Source: Heteronotia binoei
Lineage: Eukaryota
DNA length: 64,000 nucleotides
Direction: 5' to 3'
Assembly (NCBI RefSeq): GCF_032191835.1
Contig: NC_083226.1
Span: 125,178,001-125,242,000 of the forward strand
Part shown: in pieces, positions 35,440-45,670 of the stretch
Layout of the letters: every line of letters starts with the position of its first letter
Position numbering within the stretch: the stretch's first letter is position 1
Program-made: the position numbers and the translations under genes
Notes under the pieces: generated by a model
What the model was told of the DNA's origin: nothing
Databases searched by the model: none
The model's input: only the letters and a program-made list of their open reading frames with translations

Positions 35440-37333
35440 CTGCCTCCCGGCCCTCCTCCCGTGCCCTTCCCCTTCCTCGGACCGTACCTGCCTCTTCCCA
35501 TATTTGAAGGCCTGGGCGACCATTACGAACGACAAATAAGTCCTCGGCATCATTCGAAGAGGTTATGTTATAGAGTTTTACCAGCACCCTACTACCCCCA
35601 CTTTCGTTTCTACCAACCCCACGGACACGTTGAGGGAAGAAGTCGTATCCCTTCTCCAGAAGGATGCTATCGAGCGAGTGCCCTCAGACCAGAGCAGGCT
35701 CGGGTTCTACTCCCGGTATTTTATAGTACCCAAGCGGGGCGGTGGCCTACGGCCCATCATGGACCTCCGGGCCCTGAACTTATTCATCAGCTATCACAAG
35801 TTCCGGATGACATCTCTGCCGAGCATCCTTCCCCTCCTAAACCACGGGGATTGGATGGCCACGTTAGACTTGAAAGACGCCTATTTCCACGTGTCTATTC
35901 ACCCTTTCCACCGGAAATTCCTTCGATTTACAATTGGCTCAGACCACTTCCAGTATCGGGCCCTCCCCTTTGGCCTCTCTATGGCCCCCAGGGTCTTTAC
36001 AAAGACTATGGTGGTGATTGCAGCCTTCCTACAGCTACAGGGCATCACCCTGTTTCCGTATATCGACTGGTTGCTAGTCGCACCTTCTCGAGAGACTCTG
36101 TTGTGCCACATCACCGCTACCCTCGCACTGCTGCAGAACCTGGGCTTACAGGTGAACCACAAGAAATCTCGGCTCCAGCCCTCGCAGAGGGTCCAGTTTA
36201 TCGGTGCCATCCTGGACTCCCGGGTCTGCAGGGCGTTCCTGCCGCCAGATCGGGCGGCCGACATTATTCGGGCGGTGAAGACTCTCCAGGAGTGTCCGGT
36301 CGCCTCCGCCCGCCAACTGCAGCGGCTGTTAGGCCTGATGGCCGCTACAATCTCGGTGTTGGTTTTTGCGAGGCTTCGCATGAGGCCTCTTCAACTTTGG
36401 TTCCTGGCCCACTTCCAAACCGGGAGGGACTCGCCAGAGCGCCGCCTGACTCTCCCACCAGAGATCCTGCATTCCCTCGACTGGTGGACGCGGAGGACTC
36501 ATTTGCTAGAAGGAGCTCCCTTCCACAAGGAACCTCCTGCCCTCACGATTACCACGGACGCATCCCTGTGGGGCTGGGGGGCGCATATGAAGGGGTTTTG
36601 TGTGGGGGACCGATGGCCCCAATCCCAGGCAAGCAACCACATCAACTTCCTGGAGCTCCTAGCAATATTTCACGCGGTGAGATCCTTCCACGAATTCCTG
36701 CGGAACAAGACGGTGGCAGTTCTGACGGACAAAACCACGGCTATGGCGTACGTGAACCGACAGGGCGGCACAGTTTCCCGCCGACTCTGTGGCCTAGCCT
36801 TAGCTCTGTGGGACATGTGCATTGCCCTGGGAGCCTCACTGGTCGCCACTCACCTCCCCGGGAACTTGCACACCCAAGCGGACTTTCTCAGTCGGGGAGG
36901 CGCTGCCGGGCACGAGTGGGAGATCAATTGGACCTTTCTGCGCCCTGTCTTCCTGGCGTGGGGGACTCCGGAGCTCGACGTGTTCGCCACCAGGGTGAAC
37001 AGGAGGTGCCCTCTCTTCTGCTGCAGGTGCGGGGCAGACCCGCTGTCCCTCGGGGATGGACTCCTGGTGCCTTGGACAAGGCACAAGGTTTATCTCTTCC
37101 CTCCGCTGCCCCTGATCACCAGGGTGATCCAGAAAATCATCAGAGAATGACCAGAGGGCATTCTTGTGACTCCCTGGTGGCCCAGGCAACATTGGTTTCC
37201 CCTGCTCCTTCGCCTGACCGGCGGGGTGTATCACCACTTCCCGCAGGACCCGGACTTGTTGCTACTGCACGGAGGGCAGGTGGTGCACCACGACATACCG
37301 CAACTGAAGTTGACGGCATGGCGCCTCCAGTAG
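35435..37333 (+). pseudogene. DIRS pol (reverse transcriptase - RNase H - adenine-methyltransferase-like), disabled
   Basis: Single frame with motifs GLRPIMDLRALN, LDLKDAYFH, LPFGLSMAPRVF, TDASLWGWG, HINFLEL, DVFAT, YLFPP, ILVTPWWPRQHWF. Broken by TAA at 35537-35539 and TGA at 37148-37150; catalytic YxDD is reduced to YID-W (36059-36070). Natural stop TAG at 37331-37333. Confidence 0.9.
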
Positions 37334-38348
37334 AGTCCTTGTCAGAAAGGGCCCAGTTCGTGATGCTAAATAGCAGGAAACCCTCCACTCGTAGAGCGTA
37401 CTCCTACAAGTGGGGAGTGTTCAATTCTCTTCCTCTCGGTCTAGCGACCCAGTGACAGCAGGCCTGCCGGTCATCTTCGACTTCCTACTATCCCTACTGG
37501 ACAGGGGACTCTCGGTCTCCTCCGTCCGAGTGTACCTCGCGGCCATTTCTGCGCACCATTCGCAGTTGGATGGGCATACTGTGTTTGCCCACCCGGACAC
37601 TAAGCGCTTCCTGAGAGGGGCTATTAGGCTGTATCCGGCAGTGAAACAGTTGGCTCCAGCCTGGGACTTGACTCTGGTTCTACAAGCCCTCTCGGGGCGA
37701 CCTTTCGAGCCCATGGCTACGTGCTCCCTTCAGCTGCTAGCTTGGAAGACGGCCTTCCTGGTAGCCATAACCTCGGCTCGATGGGTAGGGGAGCTGGCAG
37801 CCCTGCGTTGCGATCCCCCCTACTTGTGTTTCTCGGAGGACGGAGTGCGTTTACGACCTGACATCACCTTCCTCCCAAAGGTAGTGTCAGCATTCCACCT
37901 CGACCTGGAGACGTGCCTTCCAGTCCTTTTTCCCAACCCGTCCAATGAGGATGAGCGTAGACTGCACGCCCTGGACGTAAAAAGGGCATTAGCCTTCTAC
38001 CTGCATCGAGTCAAGCCCTTTCGGAAAGACCCCAGGCTCTTCGTATCCTATGTCCAGCCTTCCCTGGGGCATAGGATTTCGGCCCAGAGGTTGTCCAAAT
38101 GGATAACGGAGACTATTAAGCTCTGCTACCTGTTACGCAAGAGGCCCTTGCCCGGGCCCATCAGGGCTCACTCCACCCGAGCGATGGCGACTTCGGCTGC
38201 CTTCATGCGGGGCATCCCACTACAGGACATCTGTAGAGCTGCGACCTGGTCCTCTGGGCACACCTTCGTACACCACTACGCGCTGGACCTACGAAGTCGG
38301 GGCGATTCGGCTCTGGGCCGAGCAGTGTTGCAGTCTGCTTCCCGTTGA
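35440..38348 (+). pseudogene. DIRS ORF3 / tyrosine recombinase: long frame overlapping pol (35440-37455) joined by a 1-nt frameshift to the YR catalytic ORF (to 38348)
   Basis: YR N-terminus (SRKPSTRRAYSYKWGVF) ends the 664-aa ORF and continues in the 312-aa ORF (FLLSLLDRGLSVSSVRVYLAAI, FLPKV, AHSTRAM, ATWSSGHTFVHHY). Frameshift near 37423-37430. ARWVGEL replaces the usual ARRVxEL. Confidence 0.88.
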
Positions 38349-38392
38349 TGGACCGTGGCACCCACCTCCAGGTATGATTGTGGCTTGCTAGT

Positions 38393-38488
38393 CTCCCATC
38401 AGTGTGATGCACAGAGACCACGAAGAAGATAAACAGGTTTCCTACCTGTAACTGATGATCTTCGAGTGGTCATCTGTGCAGTCACACT
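38393..38488 (+). repeat. DIRS internal complementary region (ICR)
   Basis: 38393-38431 is the exact reverse complement of 32939-32977. 38430-38488 is the exact reverse complement of 38687-38745. Confidence 0.96.
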
Positions 38489-39027
38489 CCCCGCCCTCCT
38501 TCCCCGCTGCGACCGGTCCATCTCTGGGCTGACGTGGCGGTCAGAAGGAACTGGCGGGATGTCCGTGCCCGTCGCAGTGAGCATGCGCGGTGGGGGCTCC
38601 TGGGCATGCGCACTGGGACGTCGGCGCGGAAATCCGCAGCTTTTAAGTTTACCGATCGAGATCGGCGCAGGCGCCTAACTCCCATCAGTGTGACTGCACA
38701 GATGACCACTCGAAGATCATCAGTTACAGGTAGGAAACCTGTTTAATTCCTTCTCCACCTGGAATATCAAATTATAAATTCTTGCTAAAAGTTTCTGAAT
38801 AGCACATAACCAATGAGCCTTTCTTTTTTTTTTTAAAGCCAAATAAATAATGCTTTATTAACAGGTCTTGAAATTAATTTACACAGTTCCTTATCTAAGG
38901 TTTTTTTTTCTCACGTTCTAAAGAATTTAAATAGATTGTACACTAGAAATGTTCTACTTGTATCAGACAAAAAGAATACTATCATGTCTAAGATGTTATA
39001 AGATACTAAAAATAAAACAGTCTGGGA

Positions 39028-39786
39028 TAGGGTTGCCAAGTCCAATTCAAAAAATATCTGGGGACTTTGGGGGTGGGGCCAGGAGACATTGGGGTGGAGC
39101 CAGGAACAAGGGTGTGACAAGCATAATTGAACTTCAAGGGAGTTCTGGCCATCACATTTAAAGGGACAGCACACCTTTTTAAATGCCTTTCTTCCATAGG
39201 AAATAATGAAGGATAGGGGCACCATCTTTTGGGGCTCATAGAATTGGACCCCCTGGTCCAATCGTTTTGAAACTTGGTGGGTATTTTGGGGAGAGGCACT
39301 AAATGCTATACTAAAAATCTGGTGCCTCTACCTCTTAACATAGCACCCCCAGAGCCCCCAATACCCGTGGATCAATTCCCCATTATTCCCTATGGGGATT
39401 GTTCTCCATAGGGAATAATAGAGTGCCCAGTAGACATTTCCTCCCCCCCCATGCTTTCTAAAGTGGGGGGGGAGGGCCTCCAAACCAGGGAATCCCCTGC
39501 CTCCCCCCTCTCTCTCACACACAAATACTTACTGGGTCTTGTTCCTGCAGAACTTTACTTCATCTGAAAACGAAAGCAAAACAAAGGGAGGGGCCGTTCT
39601 CCGAAGCCCTTCCTGTTTCCTGCTCAGCCTTAAAGGCACATATTTTAAAAATGGACCTGCAGGAGCTCTAAAACTACATGGTGATTGTGGGGGGCGGGGC
39701 TTCCCCCCCGGCCAGCTGGTTGGGGGTGGGGAGAAGCCTGTGAAAATGGGGGATCCCCCGCTGGGACCTGGGGATTGGGAAGCGTA
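39028..39786 (-). mobile_element. hAT MITE, TAGGGTTGCCA family, long form (759 bp)
   Basis: Ends TAGGGTTGCCA / TGGGAAGCGTA. Perfect TSD GTCTGGGA at 39020-39027 and 39787-39794. Confidence 0.92.
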
Positions 39787-39834
39787 GTCTGGGATGACCA
39801 TATCTATGGGACTGCCTCTTCTGAACATCCTCTG

Positions 39835-40230
39835 AAGATGATTGAACTAATCTAATGACAACTTGTTAGTGATCCCTGGCCCAAAAGACATCTGGTTATC
39901 CACAACTAGAGCCAGGGTGTTTTCAACTCTTGCTTCAACCTGGTGGAACCGTGTCTAGCAAGATTCAGGCCTTGTGGGATGTGAGGCAGTTTCACAGGGC
40001 CTGCAAGACAGAGATGTTCCACCAGGCCTACTGGTGAGAATCATCTGTTTTGCCATCCCCTTCCTCTTTCCCCCACTGGTATTCAGTTTTACTGATATTT
40101 ATGCCGCATTAGTTTTATGTGTGCTAATTTGACAGTTTGAAATTGTGTAAGATAGTGCTGTAAAATGTTTTAAATTGTAATTGTTACCTGCCCTGAGCCT
40201 GTGATGCAAGGTAGGGTGGGCTATAAGTCT
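39835..40230 (+). mobile_element. L2 LINE 3' fragment (degraded)
   Basis: Similar to the C-terminal part of the 27424 ORF (LVIP...RARVFS...WWN); ends CCCTGAGCC...GGGCTATAAG. Confidence 0.7.
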
Positions 40231-40334
40231 GATGATGATACTACAAGAAGTTGGCCACTGCAACAGTTGCTACCCATCTTCTCAGTGCATAGCTACAAAC
40301 AAGGATGGCTCAGCTACAAACAGGGATGTCCAAC

Positions 40335-41229
40335 TCATTTGTTCCCCCAGTGACTCTTATGGCTTTTAGAGATCTTTCTGGGGACTTGGAGTGACTACAA
40401 TGTTTGTGGCTATGAGGGTGTCCTGGAGATTTACATCTTGATCTGTGCCATCTTTCATTTGTTCTGCTTTGATGCCACCTTGGGCTCTTACTACAGTGAC
40501 TTTCTCACTGTGGTGAAGGACTTCTCTTTGGAGATCAAGTTCATTTTCTGGGTGATCTGCTTCAGCTTCTCCTATACCACAGAGTTGGAGGTCTCTGGAG
40601 TTTATCTAGATCCTTGTAGCCTCTTCTCCTGTGATAAAATGTGGAAGCCCTTTTCATCTTCTCATCCCCTTCTTTCTCTTCTTCACTTGACTCCACATCA
40701 TCCATATTTTCCTCCAGTGCACTAATGAGTGGTTCCAGCTGTTCAGCTTCTTTCAAGACATACTGTTTCTGTAGTCTGGATACAGTGATGTCACAGATGG
40801 TCATCGTGGTGCAGATGATCAATAAACGCATCCACGTGCATTAATTCAAGCTTCCCATTTCTATTTTAGCTTTTTAATTTTCAGTAATCATCGTACAGGT
40901 GTTCAAGGTACTTATAGCAGGCAGTGCCAGTTAGTCTTATATACAATGCACCCATCAATTTCACATACTTGAAGTCTTCATACTTTATAAATTCCACAAT
41001 GATGTCTTTTTCAGGCTGTATCTGTAACATCTTCAGAGTCAAACATAAGAACTCTACAAATGTACCTCAGTTCCATAAATTTATCCACAACCAGTTTAGC
41101 AGTGAGACCAAAGCATTTTTCCTTCCAGTATTTGGACTCATAGATGCAAGTGCAAATAATCTTCTCCACCAGGTACTGTGGGTTAGTGCAGTGGATTCTG
41201 TGCACATCCTTTACTATCCAGTTTGCCAT
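40335..41229 (-). pseudogene. PRPF38A: Processed pseudogene (retrocopy) of pre-mRNA processing factor 38A
   Basis: MANWIVKDVHRIHCTNPQYLVEKII.T.IYESKYWKE.CFGLTA.LVVDK.MELR, QIQPEKDIIVEFIK, RLQKQYVL.EAEQLEP..SALEE.MDDVESSEEE, and an RS-rich tail ending ..GNK*. Covers the whole CDS contiguously without introns; contains frameshifts, stops and a short deletion. Confidence 0.93.
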
Positions 41230-41633
41230 TGCCTGTCTAAGAACCAATACCAGGGGGTGGGGAGGGGGAGGCATAACCAAAAAGTTTTTGTTCCAGTCCT
41301 GAGACATGGCCTTCTGGGTCTGCAGCATGTTGTTTCATATTTCCTTTGCCATTTTTCTTCAAGCAAAACAGTTCTTAGTGACCAGAGAATGACTGGGAAG
41401 AATTATGATTCCTGTACATTCTCTTTTATCTGTCCACTTTGTCACACAGAAAATATTGTGTTTGGTTGGTGTGAACCTCCAGAGGAAATTCCTTGCTAGA
41501 GAAGGAAATTCTCTTGATATTGTGAGAAAAAAAACATAACCTAAATGGTGGCTTGTAGTCCAAACAAAATTTCTAGAACTTTTAGAGGAAAATATATCCA
41601 AAAATTGCATTCCTATCCAGAGCAGGAAATGAC

Positions 41634-41899
41634 CAGGGTTGCCAAATATGGTAACCAGGGGGGAATATATGCTTCTGGAAATTGCCAAAAACTCTATGAT
41701 AAAACCAGAGTTATTCCAAAAGTGATGTAAGCCCTCTCTAGAAGCTGCTGAAACCTCTGTTTACATTGAGTCTTACAGAGGTGTGATGTCATGGTTTTGC
41801 CTGGAAATGGTGTCACACCATAGCCTAATACCCATTTTGTTTTCTCCTGTTACAGCTTAGAGTTGCAGCAAAAATCAGGAGTTGGGACTGGTATCCCTA
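41634..41899 (+). mobile_element. hAT MITE (266 bp)
   Basis: Ends CAGGGTTGCCA / TGGTATCCCTA. TSD GAAATGAC (41626-41633) vs GAACTGAC (41900-41907), 7/8. Confidence 0.75.
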
Positions 41900-42381
41900 G
41901 AACTGACTTAATAGCTAAAATGAAGGTTGAATGAGAATAATTTGTTGAATTAGCCACACACAACAAATCCATAGCTGAATTTGAATTCCATTCCTTTGGG
42001 TCAAAGTTTATTTAGTCAATTAAATTCTCCCCATAAAATATGAATATCTGTACCAAAATCTATTTCTTTTGAAAGACTGAACCTTGAAATAAAACTTACA
42101 TGTGAAGAGCTTAAGTGACATATATTACCAACTACCTGTCTTCATTGCAGAATGATTAGTCAACAATATTTTATTGTGTCAAGTATCAAATGAATAACAG
42201 TTCTATTTGAGGCTTCACAGCCTTGCTCAAATTAGCTTGCCAGTTAACAGTCTTCTCACCTGACACCAGATAGTGCAGGAGACAAGTAGCAAAGGCTGAT
42301 GCAAATTAGGATTGCGAACATTTGAACTAGTCCCTGCAGTGTTATTATCTAACAGAAGCTTGATGTGCAGACAGTATCTGC

Positions 42382-43079
42382 TAGAGTTGCCAGGTCTGGG
42401 TTGGAAAATACCTGGAGACTTTGGGGGGGGGGGGGTGAATCTGGGAGAGGGCAGGGTTTGGGGAGGGAGGGGACTGAGCATGGTACAATGCCATAGTGTC
42501 CAGACTCAAGAAGGGGACGGTGGCTCAGTGGTAGAGCATCTGCTTGGGAAGCAGAAGGTCTCAGGTTCAATCCCTGGCATCTCCAAAAAAGGGTCCAGAC
42601 AAATAGGTGTGAAAAGCCTCAGCTTGAGACCCTGGAGAGCCGCTGTCAGTCTGAGAAGACAACACTGACTTTGATGGACCAAGGGTCTGATTCAGTATAA
42701 GGCAGCTTCATATGTTCATATATATGTTCAAGAACAGCCATTTTCTCCAGGGGAGCTGATCTCTGTCAGCTGGAGATCAGTGATAAAAACAGGAGATCTC
42801 CAGACCTCAGTATTTGTCTGGGGACAAATACTGAGAGAATTTTTGGAAGCACTGCAACCACATTGAAGTCACATGCTCATATAGCATCATCACAGTTCTT
42901 TGGGAAAATTGTTTGTAACCATTGTTAAGTATCTGTGTTACACTGGTGTTATAAAGCTGTTGTGTAAAATATTGAGGTGTTTACAAAAGTGTAAAGAATT
43001 GTATACTATTTAATAGACAATAGTTTGCTAGCACAGTGAGTTTACTTGATATTACTCACCTTGGAGACTAGCAACCCTA
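42382..43079 (+). mobile_element. Short hAT MITE carrying two nested insertions
   Basis: Ends TAGAGTTGCCA / TAGCAACCCTA. TSD GTATCTGC (42374-42381) vs ATATCTGC (43080-43087), 7/8. Confidence 0.8.
42513..42727 (+). mobile_element. tRNA-derived SINE with CR1-like 3' tail, nested in the MITE
   Basis: A box TGGCTCAGTGG (42521) and B box GGTTCAATCC (~42563). Tail TATGTTCATATATATGT. TSD TCAAGAA at 42506-42512 and 42728-42734. Confidence 0.88.
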
Positions 43080-45099
43080 ATATCTGCTGGGAGTCAAACT
43101 TGCTGTGTCTTAACATGGTTTACCTACTCATTAGACTATAATTTATTTGTTTATTATTTGGTGAATTTGCAAGCTAACTCTCTAAAGTCCTGGTGGTGGC
43201 TGTTTGCAAGTTAAAACAATAGCATAAAAAGGATAACATTCTCAGTAAATGTGTGTTTGGGCTGAGATTTTAGGCAAGGGTGGAATGCTCCTACATATAA
43301 AAGAAATGCATCTCAGGATAGAAATTAGGTGTCTAGGAAAAGGGTTCTAGCCTAGCATTCTCCTAGATGTGCTAGATTTTTATGTACAAAAGTGTGTCCG
43401 TTTGTTTTTAATGGAGGCACATTTAATTGTGCAAGTCTTCACCAGCTGTCTGCAGTGATTCACCCCAAACATGGGTTTATTGTCTGAGTAAGAATTAATC
43501 TGTCAAAAACTAGAACTTTTTTTTAAAATAGAACTTGGTAACTGTAAAAACCGGAGGACAAACTGAGCTAGAAAGATGTCTGTAATCATCCTGGGGTCTG
43601 TGTAGATTGTGTCCTTGTTTATCCTAGTGTGACCTCACAATGCCACACATGGGCAGAAGTAGAGAATGGATTATTGTAATTCCCTTTGGAAGAGCTTCCC
43701 AGCCTTCTCTGTTGTTTTCAGGCTGCAGAGAACACCAGGCGTTCCAAGCAAGTTGCATCCAGCTTAACACATATGTTAGAAATTTCAAAGAATAAGCTTG
43801 TTTATAAGACAACCTACAACAAAAGTATCTAGGTGTATTTTCAAATTGCTGTCTTTGGCAGGAAATAGTGTTCAAGGATGTCATGATCTCTTTATAAATC
43901 TTTTCATGGTGTACAAGATAAGGTACTGATTGAGATTTTATCATAGATCTAATATTTACCTACCAGGATCCCCACCCCCCACCCCACAGCATTTGTGCAC
44001 AGAACTAATATAAAATCTATGGGGTTTTCTTTTGGTGTGTAGTATTTTGCAGTAGGTAATCAAGAACCCCAAACTCAATAATCTGCTCCCCCTTGGGTAT
44101 ATTTTCTCTTTGTTAAAAGTATGGTAAGAATAAATATATATGCGGAAACAGAGTTATCTAATGGATTTGCTCAACCTGAAGTTGTTCATGGTTTGCATGA
44201 ATAGAAACTATTTTCTAAAAACATTTGGAATTTATTTGTTGTGACACTTTCCACTTTAATGTAAATTACTGTAAGAATATTGAGATTCTGTTTATTTTTG
44301 TGCATCTTCTCTGTAGAAGGCACTGCATTCGTTGGTGGACAGACTACTCCTAATGTTAACAGCATGTGCCACAAATGAGCTATTTAAAGGGGGGGGGGGA
44401 ATGAAAGAAACAGGTAGTTGATGTAGATATCAACAGTTCTATTAAACTATATTTCGTTTTTGCTAAATGTAGTTTCAGTACATTGTTCTGAATGTCCCAT
44501 GGTCAGGTCACATGGTTTGGATGATGCAGTTACTCTGTTAGCTGCCTGTATTTCTATTTTGCCATTGTGTTTTTTCTAGACTATAGAGCATAATAGAGTT
44601 GAAACTCAGATAGTAAAATCTTGACATATTAAAAAAAGAAGTGCTAGCTTCAGTTTGGACTCATGAATTTTTACGTTAAATTGGGAACTGGTTTTGTGAT
44701 GTGATCTTAACAATCTTTGGCCTATCATATTGTTCCTCTTTATACTAAGAAACCCAGACAAAACATGGTGCATTTTTAATAGCAACATTTTTTTAAAATG
44801 ACATTTAAGAGTATCATCTTTGGATATAAGTCAATAATGAAATGTGCTCATCTGTCTTGGTTCAGAGTTGCTAAAGAACTGCTTTGATTTATGAATGTGT
44901 ACATTTGACTTAATTTTTTTGAAAATGCATCTGGCAGTCCTTAACTGCATTAGGACAAAAAATCTTTAAATATTAAAACATCCAATCATTTTAAGCTTTT
45001 GCCAAGCTTCTCCACAGTTATTCAGCAGTGGAGGCTAAATGACACGGGTCATCTTCCTCATTAGCTGCCTCAGCCCTAGGCCTAATATTCCTGTACATA

Positions 45100-45670
45100 C
45101 ACCCTCCCAGAACTTGGAGCATGCTGGGCAGGGGAAGGTGCCAAGTGTTCTTTCTGAGCTTTAAGGGATTGGAAGAGCTCCCCCAATCCCTCAAAGCCCA
45201 GGAAGAATGCAGATTTCCCTGCCCAGCGTGGTCTGAACTCGGAGCATGCTGGGCAGGGGAAGGCACCAAGCGATCAGACTGATGAAAGAATGCGCCCCCT
45301 GCCCAGCAGCCCTGTCCCGCTTTGTAGGGAGCTCAGCAGAGGCTGTGTGTGTGGGGGGGGGGTGTTGTTTCTTCGCTTGGAGCAATTGGCGAAAAAACAA
45401 TGTCCCCACAGTCCCTGCTCAGCTCTTTATAAAGTGGGACAGGGCTGCTGGGCAGGGGGTGCACTACGCACCATCATGATGATGTCACTTCTATGTGACA
45501 TCATCGCGACACATGATTAGACGCTGGTGTGTGGGGGGGTGCTGGCGCAGGGTTCTGCCTTGGATGGCAGAAACCCTAGCTCCAGGCCTGTTCATCCCGA
45601 CATGGCTTGGCTCAACAAGGTCTCATTTATATCAAATCCAGTCCTCATAACAAATGAGTTTAACACCCCT
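45100..45670. mobile_element. GC-rich non-autonomous hAT-Charlie-like element (left end not located)
   Basis: Right end TTTAACACCCCTG followed by CTCTAGAG (Charlie-type target). Internal ~50-bp inverted repeat 45291-45343 / 45411-45463 and perfect 11-bp hairpin GATGATGTCAC/GTGACATCATC (45478-45505). Confidence 0.5.

Larger units (their letters stand above)
32939..38745 (+). mobile_element. DIRS1-type tyrosine-recombinase retrotransposon, full length (5807 bp)
   Basis: Inverted terminal repeats 32963-33121 / 38536-38693 differ by one 1-nt indel. The internal complementary region 38393-38488 is exactly complementary to both element ends. Carries gag, RT-RNaseH-MTase-like and YR coding regions. 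No TSD. Confidence 0.97.

Noticed and set aside
35437-35460. Gag-YR fusion by readthrough of the gag UGA (UGA-C context, ORF3 in the gag frame)
   Set aside because: Formally possible, but restoring the pol Trp codon at 35537 supplies an ATG for ORF3 at 35536, so readthrough is not needed. Kept only as a secondary outcome to measure in the frameshift reporter.
38393-38745. Repeat-spacer-like arrangement that could be mistaken for a CRISPR array
   Set aside because: The repeats are the ICR and right ITR of the DIRS element (inverted, only two or three copies). There is no regular repeat-spacer period, no cas genes, and the DNA is eukaryotic.
40562-41328. Functional PRPF38A gene
   Set aside because: Multiple stops, frameshifts and a deletion in the conserved PRP38 domain; intronless.
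42513-42590. tRNA gene
   Set aside because: A and B boxes are present, but the sequence continues into a SINE body and tail with a TSD, and the acceptor stem is not intact.
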